50,396 bases of DNA, taken from contig JBHPFX010000001.1 in NCBI GenBank assembly GCA_042570925.1, positions 1 to 50,396 of the forward strand, given 5' to 3'. The stretch's first letter is position 1. Every line of letters starts with the position of its first letter. A model generated the notes under the pieces. It made no database searches, was not told the DNA's origin, and saw nothing but the letters and a program-made list of their open reading frames with translations. This stretch comes from Patescibacteria group bacterium. GTDB lineage: Bacteria > Patescibacteriota > Patescibacteriia > UBA10025. Both the position numbers and the translations under genes were made by a program. Positions 1 to 8,517 of this stretch are shown here, in pieces.

Positions 1-324
1 GTTTTCAAACGGCAGGTCGATCATATCTGCATTGATAAAACTCGAAGTTATATTCGGAAACTCCGCACTGAATTTTTCTGCATGCAGTAACATTGAAGGG
101 CTATTATCAACCCCGGTATATGAAACCTTGTGTTTTTCGAATAGCTTTAGTAATCTACCATTTGCACAGCCCATATCGAGTACCGAAACGTTGTCTCTCA
201 GATATTCACCGAAATACTCTCGCTCTTCCCATAAATCCGTCCGGCTATCGGTGAATGCCTGGGCAATAGCTTCATAATCTTTTTTAATTTTTTCAAGTAT
301 TCGATCAGCAGTTATTTTATCCAT
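1..324 (-). CDS. Class I SAM-dependent methyltransferase, N-terminal part (gene runs off the window start)
   Basis: My own reverse-complement translation from ATG at 324 gives MDKITADRILEKIKKDYEAIAQAF...VLDMGCANGRLLKLF...GVDNSPSML, open to position 1. VLDxGCxxG matches SAM-binding motif I. It is absent from the ORF track because there is no stop in the window. Confidence 0.7.
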   Translation of the reverse strand, partial: MDKITADRILEKIKKDYEAIAQAFTDSRTDLWEEREYFGEYLRDNVSVLDMGCANGRLLKLFEKHKVSYTGVDNSPSMLLHAEKFSAEFPNITSSFINADMIDLPFEN

Positions 325-1876
325 GGCAAAGACGTTATCAAAACAATTAATTCGTGATCTCCATAATGCTAAGCCGCAAACGCTCAATGAACTGCATCAG
401 ATTAAACGTGACTTGGCAAAACGTTATGGGACAACGATTATTTCTCATACTACCTTGCTTGGACAGTATCGGCAATTCCTTGAAGAAGAGAAAGAAAAGG
501 AAGATAAGCACTTGGTTCGTTTATTACGACGGCGCGATATTCGTACCCTCTCGGGTGTTGCACCTATTACGGTACTCACCAAGCCATACCCGTGCCCGGG
601 TCGCTGTGTGTACTGTCCGACGGAGCGTAACATGCCAAAGAGCTATATAGCATCTGAGCCGGCCGCCCAGCGCGCACTTATGAATCAGTTTGATCCGTAT
701 AAGCAGGTTCGTAATCGTATAGACCAGCTCGAAAAGAATGGGCATGTTGCTGATAAGATTGAATTGATTGTCTTAGGCGGCACATGGTCTTTTTATAAAA
801 AAGATTATCAGGAATGGTTCATTAAAAAATGTTTTGAAGCTGCAAACGAAGTTGAATCAAAGTCACTTGGTGAAGCTCATAAGATAAATGAAACCACTCA
901 ACATCGAATTATCGGACTTACGCTTGAGACTCGTCCCGATTATGTGAACGAAGAAGAACTCTGGCGGATGCGTCTCTTAGGATGTACGCACGTCCAAATC
1001 GGCGTTCAAACTCTTGATCAGGAAGTGCTGGATCTCATTAAACGAGACGATACTGTCGAAAATATTGCCCGTGCAACGGAACTTCTTAAGCAGTTCGGAT
1101 TTAAATTTACCTACCACATTATGCCCGGACTTCCAGGGGCGACTCCAGAGAAAGATCTCGAGACATTTGATTTACTCTTCAACGACGAACGATTCCAGAC
1201 TGATATGCTTAAAATTTATCCAACAGTTGTAGTAGAGAGCTCGCTCATGTATCAATGGTGGAAAAAAGGGGAGTATAAACCATATGACGAGAAAACACTT
1301 GAGAAATTATTGGTTCAAATAAAAAAACGCATACCACCCTATGTTCGTATTAACCGTTTAATTCGTGATATTCCAGGCAATGATATCGTAGATGGAAATT
1401 TGGTAACTAATTTGCGTCAGGAACTTCAGAAGCAGGGCGCTGAATGTCAGTGCATTCGGTGTCGGGAAGCAAAAGGTAAGAAAGTAACACTTAAAGATGT
1501 TGAGCTTGTTACACGTTCATACAAATCTTCTGGCGGAACAGAGCATTTCATTAGTTTTGAAAGCAAAGATCGAAAAACTATTTATGCATTTGTGCGTTTA
1601 TTTTTTCCTAGTAATTCTAACCAGGCGTTTGTTCGTGAACTACACACGTATGGTGAGCTAATCCCAGTTGGTTCAAAGAAAAAAGCCGTCCAGCATATTG
1701 GTTTTGGTAAAAGATTGATGAAAGAGGCAGAAAAGGTTTCAAAAAAAGAGGGGTATATAAAATTAGCCGTAATTTCGGGCATCGGGGTACGGGAGTATTA
1801 TCGGAAGCTTGGGTATGAGGATGAAAATACGTACATGATGAAGGAGTTGGGGAAAATAAATACCCCCGCACCCTAA
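323..1876 (+). CDS. elp3: Elp3-like radical SAM / GNAT acetyltransferase (tRNA U34 modification family)
   Basis: 517 aa. It has a CxxxCxxC radical-SAM cluster motif (PCPGRCVYCP), an Elp3-like core (IYPTVV, RINRLIRD) and a C-terminal GNAT motif (HIGFGKRLM...YYRKLGY). Confidence 0.85.
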   Translation: MAKTLSKQLIRDLHNAKPQTLNELHQIKRDLAKRYGTTIISHTTLLGQYRQFLEEEKEKEDKHLVRLLRRRDIRTLSGVAPITVLTKPYPCPGRCVYCPTERNMPKSYIASEPAAQRALMNQFDPYKQVRNRIDQLEKNGHVADKIELIVLGGTWSFYKKDYQEWFIKKCFEAANEVESKSLGEAHKINETTQHRIIGLTLETRPDYVNEEELWRMRLLGCTHVQIGVQTLDQEVLDLIKRDDTVENIARATELLKQFGFKFTYHIMPGLPGATPEKDLETFDLLFNDERFQTDMLKIYPTVVVESSLMYQWWKKGEYKPYDEKTLEKLLVQIKKRIPPYVRINRLIRDIPGNDIVDGNLVTNLRQELQKQGAECQCIRCREAKGKKVTLKDVELVTRSYKSSGGTEHFISFESKDRKTIYAFVRLFFPSNSNQAFVRELHTYGELIPVGSKKKAVQHIGFGKRLMKEAEKVSKKEGYIKLAVISGIGVREYYRKLGYEDENTYMMKELGKINTPAP

Positions 1877-2292
1877 AGGGTGCTTGCCATATCAAACAGA
1901 TATTCGGCTATTATTCTGTCGGTATCGATCATGTCGAGATTCTTTATTCCCTCTCGGTCAAACAAACCAAGATCTTTACCTTCTTTTTGCTGTTTGCGAA
2001 GTTGTTCGACAGTATGTTTAAGAGGAGCAGTGAAGATATAGTGTTCTAGGATATGATCTTCTTCAGGAAATACAAACTTCTTTATAAATTGAACAGATTG
2101 TAAATCAAGGCCGAGTTCCTCCTGCGTCTCTCGTTTTGCAGCTTCCTCCGGAGATTCTCCCTCCTCAATATGACCACCAAAATAACCCCACAATCCGGGA
2201 AAAAGTCTTGCATCATCAGTTCGATGCTGAAGTAGGATTTTTCCTTCTTTGTCGCGTAGGATAATACCTGATACGCGGCGGTTTTTGTTCAT
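1873..2292 (-). CDS. Nudix hydrolase
   Basis: 139 aa with Nudix box GGHIEEGESPEEAAKRETQEELGL. Its stop overlaps the elp3 stop in convergent orientation. Confidence 0.85.
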   Translation of the reverse strand: MNKNRRVSGIILRDKEGKILLQHRTDDARLFPGLWGYFGGHIEEGESPEEAAKRETQEELGLDLQSVQFIKKFVFPEEDHILEHYIFTAPLKHTVEQLRKQQKEGKDLGLFDREGIKNLDMIDTDRIIAEYLFDMASTL

Positions 2293-2408
2293 ACTGGTAT
2301 TGTAACATAAGATTAAGACAATATCTGATTGACAATAACCAGATTAATGCGTAGTCTTCCTATGGAGGTAATACTGTTCTTTAACGCTCTATAAACCAAG
2401 GAGGACGT

Positions 2409-2567
2409 ATGTCCGATGAAAAGAAGTGTTATATATGCGGCACTACTGAGGAATTGAAAAGATGCGAATTTTGCAGAGAAAATTATTTTTGCCCCGAGCA
2501 TGCCTATGGTAACCATTATTGCCGTGAAAGGTGTGCCAGTAATGACTGTGATGATGACGATGATTAG
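2409..2567 (+). CDS. Small (52 aa) Cys/His zinc-finger-like protein with poly-Asp tail
   Basis: Not in the ORF track (<60 aa). SD AAGGAGGA lies 4 nt before the ATG. Translation is MSDEKKCYICGTTEELKRCEFCRENYFCPEHAYGNHYCRERCASNDCDDDDD. The Cys/His spacing is CxxC-x8-CxxC-x5-CxxH-x4-HxC. A terminator follows at 2610-2645. Confidence 0.5.
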   Translation: MSDEKKCYICGTTEELKRCEFCRENYFCPEHAYGNHYCRERCASNDCDDDDD

Positions 2568-2609
2568 ACTAACTACGTCTAAGTAATATTACCCTTGCAT
2601 TATATTGTT

Positions 2610-2645
2610 GCCGCTCTGGCACCATTTGGAGCGGCTTTTTATTTA
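2610..2645 (+). terminator. Intrinsic terminator
   Basis: Stem GCCGCTC / GAGCGGC is followed by TTTTTATTTATT. Confidence 0.6.
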
Positions 2646-2694
2646 TTATTGACTATTTTACTTATAGTGGTATTCTCATATATGCAATAAACAT

Positions 2695-3078
2695 ATGAGC
2701 CAGCCAAAGTACTACATTATTGCATCAGGTCCGGTCATTATAGAAAATGGCAAGGTTTTGCTGAATAAACACGGTGATGACAATATATGGAAATTCCCTG
2801 GCGGCAAGGTAGAGGATTTCTCAGAGTTGTCGCTGGAAGAGCATGCAAAGCGGGAAGTTAAAGAGGAAATGGGGATTCAAATAGAAATTCAAAGGCCTCT
2901 CAAGCCGATGATGATCGAAAAGGACGGAAAGTTGGTTGTGTTAATTCACTACTTAGCGACGCGAGTAGGTGAAATATCTCCTGGGCCGGATATTGAAGAA
3001 TGGAAGTGGATATCGGTGAACGAATTGCCAGATGACTGTGCGCCGAATATAAAGCCTGTTTTAGAAAGTATTAAATAA
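2695..3078 (+). CDS. Nudix hydrolase
   Basis: 127 aa with Nudix box GGKVEDFSELSLEEHAKREVKEEMGI. Confidence 0.85.
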   Translation: MSQPKYYIIASGPVIIENGKVLLNKHGDDNIWKFPGGKVEDFSELSLEEHAKREVKEEMGIQIEIQRPLKPMMIEKDGKLVVLIHYLATRVGEISPGPDIEEWKWISVNELPDDCAPNIKPVLESIK

Positions 3079-3086
3079 AGAAATAA

Positions 3087-3356
3087 ATGAATCCAGAACG
3101 AGGACAATCACCCGAAAGAAGACCATTTAATCTCACTATTGGAGGTGCGGACTCATTAGCGAATTTAAGAAAACTCATTGAGCGGCATACCATAACGCTT
3201 CCATCATCTGATGGTACAAAAACGTATTCTACGTTTGAACTTCTCCAGAGATTTGATGCCGCTGAGTCCGGGCGCGAAGGGACTGATGTGTTACCAAGTG
3301 CTGATGGTTTAAGGGACAAATTTATTGAGTTACATGCTAAAGAAGTTGGTAGTTAA
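3087..3356 (+). CDS. Hypothetical protein (89 aa)
   Basis: An ORF only, with no recognisable motif and no clear SD. It competes with the antisense ORF 3071-3319. Confidence 0.3.
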   Translation: MNPERGQSPERRPFNLTIGGADSLANLRKLIERHTITLPSSDGTKTYSTFELLQRFDAAESGREGTDVLPSADGLRDKFIELHAKEVGS

Positions 3357-3439
3357 GAAAAAGGATAATAATTAGCATGATTTAATCGTTCACAAATTTA
3401 TTAACACCGCATAAGTTTTGCGATGTCCGTTTTTTGTAT

Positions 3440-3610
3440 TCTAGCAACCACCCTGAACTCGATTCAGGGTCCCGAAGTAAAAACAACCGGACTCCGGGTC
3501 AAGCCCGGAGTGGTGGGGAGGAGAGAAAGGATGACAGTAAAACACTTTTAACCTACAATACTATCATGACACTTCACCCTTCGATTAACTCAGGGTTCAG
3601 CATGACAATC
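3440..3610. repeat. Cluster of GC-rich palindromic (REP-like) hairpins upstream of glyA
   Basis: There are perfect 8-bp hairpins ACCCTGAA-ctcga-TTCAGGGT (3450-3470) and ACTCCGGG-tcaag-CCCGGAGT (3491-3511). A related ACCCT...AGGGTTCAG lies at 3576-3600. Track ORF 3434-3628 is just the translation of these. Confidence 0.55.
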
Positions 3611-3638
3611 ATTTTGACCAAAACATAATGTTACAAAT

Positions 3639-4919
3639 ATGCTGAAACAATCAGACAACGACGTTTATACAACTATTCAAAAAGAGCTCGAACGGCAAAG
3701 GAATGTTCTGGAGATGATTCCATCAGAGAATTTCACAAGCCTTGCCGTCATCGAAGCGCTTGGATCAGTTTTGACAAACAAATACTCAGAGGGCTATCCT
3801 GGCAAACGATACTATGGTGGGAATGAGTTTATAGACGATATTGAGACTCTAGCTATTGAGAGAGCAAAAAAGTTATTTGATGTCGAGCACGCGAATGTCC
3901 AGCCATATTCCGGTTCGCCGGCTAATCAGGCGGTGTATTTCGCGCTTCTTAAACCAGGAGACACGGTGCTTGGCATGGAGCTTGCGATGGGCGGCCATTT
4001 AACACACGGGTACAAATTAAACTTCTCCGGGAAGTATTATAACGCCATCTCATACGGGGTCGACCCAAAAACGCATTTACTGGATTATGATGTCATTCGG
4101 GAGATCGCAAAAAAAGAAAAGCCCAAGATGATTATTGCCGGAGCGACCGCATATCCCCGTGAGTTTGATTTTAAAAAGTTTGCTGAAATTGCCCGAGAGA
4201 TTGATGCATATTTCTTGGCAGATATTTCTCATATTACCGGTTTGATTATTGCAGGTGTTCATCAATCTCCATTTGATTATGCTGACGTCGTGATGACCAC
4301 TACACATAAGACTCTTCGCGGTCCGCGTGGCGCAATGATTTTAGTGCCAAAAAAAGCTGATCGTCTCCATGATCTCCATCATCCAAAATCAAAGAAAGAT
4401 CTCGGGCAACTCATCGATAGTGCAATTATTCCCGGTTTACAAGGTGGACCACACAATCATCAGACTGCTGCTATTGCTGTGTGTTTAGAAGAAGCAATGA
4501 AGCCCGAATTTAAGGAATATGGCAGGCAGATACAAAAGAACGCAAAAGTATTAGCTGAATCGCTTATAGCGAATGGTTTATCCCTCATCACAGGGGGGAC
4601 TGACAATCATTTGATTTTGGCGGACGTAACACCATTTGGAATCTCCGGTAAACAAGCGGAGGAATTACTTGATAAAGTCGGAATTACGGTAAATAAAAAC
4701 CTTATCCCATTCGATACGCGCAAACCAATGGATCCGTCTGGAATTCGTCTTGGCACTCCAGCTCTGACCACAAGAGGCTTTAATGAAGTTGAAATGAAGG
4801 TAATTGGCGAAATGATTGTAAAAGTGTTACAGAATTCCGATGACAACTCAATACAAGACGGAGTACGAGTAAAAGTGAAAGAATTGACTGACACACATCC
4901 ACTGTATTCTAATATATGA
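3639..4919 (+). CDS. glyA: Serine hydroxymethyltransferase
   Basis: 426 aa with typical SHMT sequence (IPSENF, GYPGKRYYGG, TTTHKTLRGPRG with the PLP lysine). Confidence 0.97.
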   Translation: MLKQSDNDVYTTIQKELERQRNVLEMIPSENFTSLAVIEALGSVLTNKYSEGYPGKRYYGGNEFIDDIETLAIERAKKLFDVEHANVQPYSGSPANQAVYFALLKPGDTVLGMELAMGGHLTHGYKLNFSGKYYNAISYGVDPKTHLLDYDVIREIAKKEKPKMIIAGATAYPREFDFKKFAEIAREIDAYFLADISHITGLIIAGVHQSPFDYADVVMTTTHKTLRGPRGAMILVPKKADRLHDLHHPKSKKDLGQLIDSAIIPGLQGGPHNHQTAAIAVCLEEAMKPEFKEYGRQIQKNAKVLAESLIANGLSLITGGTDNHLILADVTPFGISGKQAEELLDKVGITVNKNLIPFDTRKPMDPSGIRLGTPALTTRGFNEVEMKVIGEMIVKVLQNSDDNSIQDGVRVKVKELTDTHPLYSNI

Positions 4920-5749
4920 AGCTGATTGATGGGAAAAAACTCGCAAATGAGCTGCATAAGGAAACGGCAAAAGAGATAGAAAAAATGTTTCGAGTTCCTG
5001 GGTTGGCCATTGTCCTCATCGGCGATGATCCGGCATCTCGTACGTATGTCGGACTTAAAGAAGAATACGCAGAAAAGATCGGTATGCACTTTGAGAAGTA
5101 TGTATACCCAGAAAACGTAGATCAGGAAGTCGTTCTAGAAAAAGTTGAAGAACTGAATGAGCGAGAAGAAATTCATGGGATTGTTGTACAGCTGCCGCTT
5201 CCTGATTCTCTTGATACCAATCAAATCATTTCATCTATTACTCCTGAAAAAGATGTAGACGGGTTTCATCCGGATAATGTGGAAATGGTACTTGAAGGTC
5301 GGGAGCATATCATGCCAAGTCTCATTAAAAGCATTCTGTATTTGGCAGATTCAACCGGTTTCACATTTCGAGATTCTACGGTTGTTATTCTGGCAAATAG
5401 TAAGACGTTTGCATCTCCTCTTGCTTCAGTTTTGCATAGGCGAAAGATGGATGTAGCTGTTGTGTTGCCTCCATTCGCTGACTTTGAGCAAAAAACACAA
5501 AAAGCCGATCTCATCATCATCGCAATTGGCAAGCCGAGATTTCTCAAGGGTAACGCAGTTAAAAAAGGCGCCCATATCATTGACGTAGGATTTACTCGGG
5601 GCACAAAAGGCGTGGTAGGTGATGTCGATCAGAAGTCTGTAAAAGACACGGCCGGCTGGCTTACACCTGTCCCTGGCGGTGTTGGCCCGATGACCGTGGC
5701 AACTTTATTGTCTAATACTGTAGAAGCATGTAAACTCCAAACATCATGA
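4916..5749 (+). CDS. folD: Bifunctional 5,10-methylene-THF dehydrogenase / cyclohydrolase
   Basis: 277 aa with FolD hallmarks (SRTYVGLKEE, VQLPLP, TPVPGGVGPMT). ATGA overlap with glyA. Confidence 0.95.
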   Translation: MKLIDGKKLANELHKETAKEIEKMFRVPGLAIVLIGDDPASRTYVGLKEEYAEKIGMHFEKYVYPENVDQEVVLEKVEELNEREEIHGIVVQLPLPDSLDTNQIISSITPEKDVDGFHPDNVEMVLEGREHIMPSLIKSILYLADSTGFTFRDSTVVILANSKTFASPLASVLHRRKMDVAVVLPPFADFEQKTQKADLIIIAIGKPRFLKGNAVKKGAHIIDVGFTRGTKGVVGDVDQKSVKDTAGWLTPVPGGVGPMTVATLLSNTVEACKLQTS

Positions 5750-6261
5750 TGAATTATAGATTTTGTCCATTGTGTTCTCATAAGCTCGTACGAAAAAGCT
5801 TCCACGACGAACATCAGTTTGTATGCAGTTCATGCGGATTCGTGTTTTATCAGAATGCCAAACCTGCTGTGGCGGGTTTTATCACACGTGGCAATAAGTT
5901 GTTACTTGTACGCCGGGCGGTAAAACCGAAGATAGGCTGGTGGGATGTACCAGGTGGATTTACGAAAGAAAATGAACACCCATTACAAGCTCTTAGGAGG
6001 GAGCTTCGTGAGGAGCTCGGGGTGAATGTAAAAGTGGGAAAGCTGTTTAGTATACAAATGGATGTATATCACAACGGAAATGGTCCCAAATCATGGGTGC
6101 TGAATATTTATTATATAGCGTCAATTATTCAAGGCACAATGAAGCCTGACGATGATATCTCAGAAGCGAGGTGGTTTCCTATACATAAGCTTCCTAAACA
6201 TTTAGGGTTTAAACATATTAAAAAGGCGGTACGAGATTGGAAAAAGTTGAAGAAGAAGTAA
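5746..6261 (+). CDS. Nudix hydrolase with N-terminal zinc ribbon
   Basis: 171 aa with CPLC...CSSC followed by Nudix box GGFTKENEHPLQALRRELREELGV. ATGA overlap with folD. Confidence 0.85.
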   Translation: MMNYRFCPLCSHKLVRKSFHDEHQFVCSSCGFVFYQNAKPAVAGFITRGNKLLLVRRAVKPKIGWWDVPGGFTKENEHPLQALRRELREELGVNVKVGKLFSIQMDVYHNGNGPKSWVLNIYYIASIIQGTMKPDDDISEARWFPIHKLPKHLGFKHIKKAVRDWKKLKKK

Positions 6262-6270
6262 TGGTCAAAT

Positions 6271-6304
6271 AAAAAAACGCCTCAAATCTCTTGAGGCGTT
6301 TTTT
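6271..6304. terminator. Bidirectional intrinsic terminator between convergent genes
   Basis: AAAAAAA-ACGCCTCAA-atctc-TTGAGGCGT-TTTTT. The perfect stem is flanked by an A-run and a T-run. Confidence 0.75.
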
Positions 6305-6314
6305 AGAATATTAT

Positions 6315-7397
6315 TTACAGAAGTCCTGGTCCGTTTGGGTTAAATCCATTCAATACTTCAGCACCATCAGTATATCCGTCGTCATCAGAATCGGAATCAT
6401 TAGGATCGGTGCCATAGTCAGCTTCTTGTTCGTCAGTGAGGCCGTCATTGTCAGTATCGGTGCTTGCAGCGTTGGAATTCGAATTAGAATTTATGTTTGT
6501 CAGCATTCCTGTGCCGTTGGGATTATATCCAGAAATGACCTCTGCTCCATCGAGGAATCCATCTCCGTCAGTGTCAGGATTATTAATATCAGTTCCGTAG
6601 ACTACCTCGAGAATGTCCGTGAGGCCATCACCGTCAGTGTCAGTCGTTGCACTATTGGTATTTGCATTCACGTTTATATTCGCAGTGTTGGTGTTTACCT
6701 GATTTGTATTTCCGTTGGTATTAGTCGCGTTAGTATTGAACAACGAATTAAAGAGTCCGCTATTCGTATTCCCATTGGCCGTATTCGTATTCAGATTTGT
6801 ATTTGCTGCTGCATTAACATTCTGGTTGAGATTCCGGTTGTTGAGAAGTGAATTTGTAAGAATGTTTGTTGGAGCGCTGTTTATCGTGTTTGCAGCAGTA
6901 TTAACAACATTACCATTGGTTGTTGGCTCTTCATTGGTGGTTACCTCTGCATTGTTCTTATTGATATTATTCAGTATTACAAACGCGGCAGCTACGAGAG
7001 CAGCAACGACAACAAGAATTACAATAATAATTATCAAAGTCTTTCGTTTTCCTGACGAAGGAGGAACCGCTCCAGGAACGGGCACGGGCGGAGGAGATGC
7101 AGGAGTGCCTTGTTTTCCGGGTGTTTGTCCAAGCGTTTTCATGATTTCTTCCTGTGGCGGTGGAGGTATGGGGCCTGCAGTGGGTGTTTTAGGTTTCCAA
7201 GGTCCCCAATCTTTACCTTGAGCAGGTTCTTCAGGCTGTGGCTGTTGTCGCGGTTGCGGAGGCGTTATTGGTGTGCCAGGTATGGGACCCGCAACTGGCC
7301 TAGGAGGCTGCTGGGGGACTTGCTGTGGTCGTGGTGGAATAGATGGCTGAGGAGTAGGTGGCTGTTGGGGTGTGCGAGGTTGTACATTTTCAAACAT
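6315..7397 (-). CDS. Membrane-anchored surface protein: Pro-rich N-terminus, one TM, Asn/Thr-rich linker, two TSP3-like Ca-binding repeat units
   Basis: 360 aa with TM segment LIIIIVILVVVAALVAAAFVIL. The C-terminus has duplicated units: TDTDGDGLTD...DTDGDGFLDGAEVISGYNPNGTG and TDTDNDGLTD...DSDDDGYTDGAEVLNGFNPNGPG. Confidence 0.75.
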   Translation of the reverse strand: MFENVQPRTPQQPPTPQPSIPPRPQQVPQQPPRPVAGPIPGTPITPPQPRQQPQPEEPAQGKDWGPWKPKTPTAGPIPPPPQEEIMKTLGQTPGKQGTPASPPPVPVPGAVPPSSGKRKTLIIIIVILVVVAALVAAAFVILNNINKNNAEVTTNEEPTTNGNVVNTAANTINSAPTNILTNSLLNNRNLNQNVNAAANTNLNTNTANGNTNSGLFNSLFNTNATNTNGNTNQVNTNTANINVNANTNSATTDTDGDGLTDILEVVYGTDINNPDTDGDGFLDGAEVISGYNPNGTGMLTNINSNSNSNAASTDTDNDGLTDEQEADYGTDPNDSDSDDDGYTDGAEVLNGFNPNGPGLL

Positions 7398-7464
7398 AAG
7401 AATTGTTCTTTAGTAAGTATAGTAGTAGTATACAACAAAGGCTTTTCATCTACAAGAATTAACT

Positions 7465-8517
7465 ATGTCATTCTCAATTGGTATTGTCGGGCTCCCAAAT
7501 GTTGGGAAATCAACGCTTTTTAAGGCTCTTACAAAGCGTCAAGTTGATGCATCAAATTTCCCTTTTTGCACTATTGACCCGAACGTTGGCACGGTCGCTG
7601 TTCCTGATGCTCGTCTCGACAAGCTCGCGCAAGTGTATCATTCTGAAAAAATTGTTCCAACAATTATTGAATTTGTTGACATCGCTGGACTTGTTAAAGA
7701 CGCTCATAAAGGTGAAGGGCTGGGAAACGCATTTTTATCTCATATTCGGTCTGTTGATGCGATATGCCAGGTAGTTAGAAAGTTTTCAGATACTAATGTT
7801 GTCCACGTAACAGGAAAGGTGGATCCACAGTCGGACAAGGAAACTATTACATTGGAGCTCATCTATGCTGATATTTCTCTCTTGGAAAAAAGAATCGAAG
7901 ATGAGGAGCCAAAAGCGAAAAGTGGTGATGCTAAAGCAGCTCAAATGCTCAAAGCGTATCAAAAAGCCAAGCAAGTATTAGATACGGGAGAGCTTCTTAC
8001 TGGTATTGCTTTTTCTGAGGAGGAGAGGGCTATCTTATTTCCAATGCAGTTGCTTACGATGAAGCCCATGCTATATGTGATGAATGTAGATGAAAGGGAA
8101 GCGACATCAGATATATCTGGTTATTTGCCGATTAGTGCAAAGATTGAGGCGGAGTTATCTGAAATGCAACCAGAAGAGGCAGATGAGTACTTAGAAAGTC
8201 TCGGTCTTTCAAAAACAGGTCTGGATCGTCTCATCACAGCATCATATAAGCTCCTTAATCTACTGACTTTTTTCACCGCAGGGCCAAAAGAAGTACATGC
8301 ATGGACAGTTACAAATGGTTCCACTGCTCCTGAAGCGGCAGGGCAAGTGCACTCGGACTTCGAAAGAGGATTTATCAGGGCAGAAGTGACCAGCTGGGAT
8401 GATATTGTTGCGTATGGAGGTGAAGCTGGTGCACGGGCAAAAGGAAAGATTCGAACTGAAGGAAAAGAATATATTTTACGAGATGGTGAGGTGATGTATT
8501 TCCTCGCATCTGTTTGA
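7465..8517 (+). CDS. ychF: Ribosome-binding ATPase YchF (Obg-like)
   Basis: 350 aa with P-loop GIVGLPNVGKSTLF and the typical C-terminal TGS-like end (FIRAEV...YILRDGEVMYF). Confidence 0.95.
   Translation: MSFSIGIVGLPNVGKSTLFKALTKRQVDASNFPFCTIDPNVGTVAVPDARLDKLAQVYHSEKIVPTIIEFVDIAGLVKDAHKGEGLGNAFLSHIRSVDAICQVVRKFSDTNVVHVTGKVDPQSDKETITLELIYADISLLEKRIEDEEPKAKSGDAKAAQMLKAYQKAKQVLDTGELLTGIAFSEEERAILFPMQLLTMKPMLYVMNVDEREATSDISGYLPISAKIEAELSEMQPEEADEYLESLGLSKTGLDRLITASYKLLNLLTFFTAGPKEVHAWTVTNGSTAPEAAGQVHSDFERGFIRAEVTSWDDIVAYGGEAGARAKGKIRTEGKEYILRDGEVMYFLASV

Noticed and set aside
32-277. 81-aa plus-strand ORF at the window start
   Set aside because: It lies antisense to a much better minus-strand reading frame with a clear SAM-methyltransferase motif I. 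The plus-frame peptide has no features.
3434-3628. 64-aa ORF (TTG start), and the idea of a ZTP/THF/glycine riboswitch upstream of glyA
   Set aside because: The ORF is simply the translation of GC-rich palindromic repeats. I could not find the conserved riboswitch cores (for example the ZTP CCGCCUGGGC / GACUGGCG strings), so no riboswitch is claimed.
6291-7523. Three long plus-strand ORFs (6291-6851, 6715-7221, 7110-7523)
   Set aside because: They are shadows of the low-complexity Pro/Asn/Thr-rich minus-strand gene 6315-7397. Repetitive codons keep the alternative frames open, and the peptides are Ile/Arg/Val or Gly/Cys gibberish.
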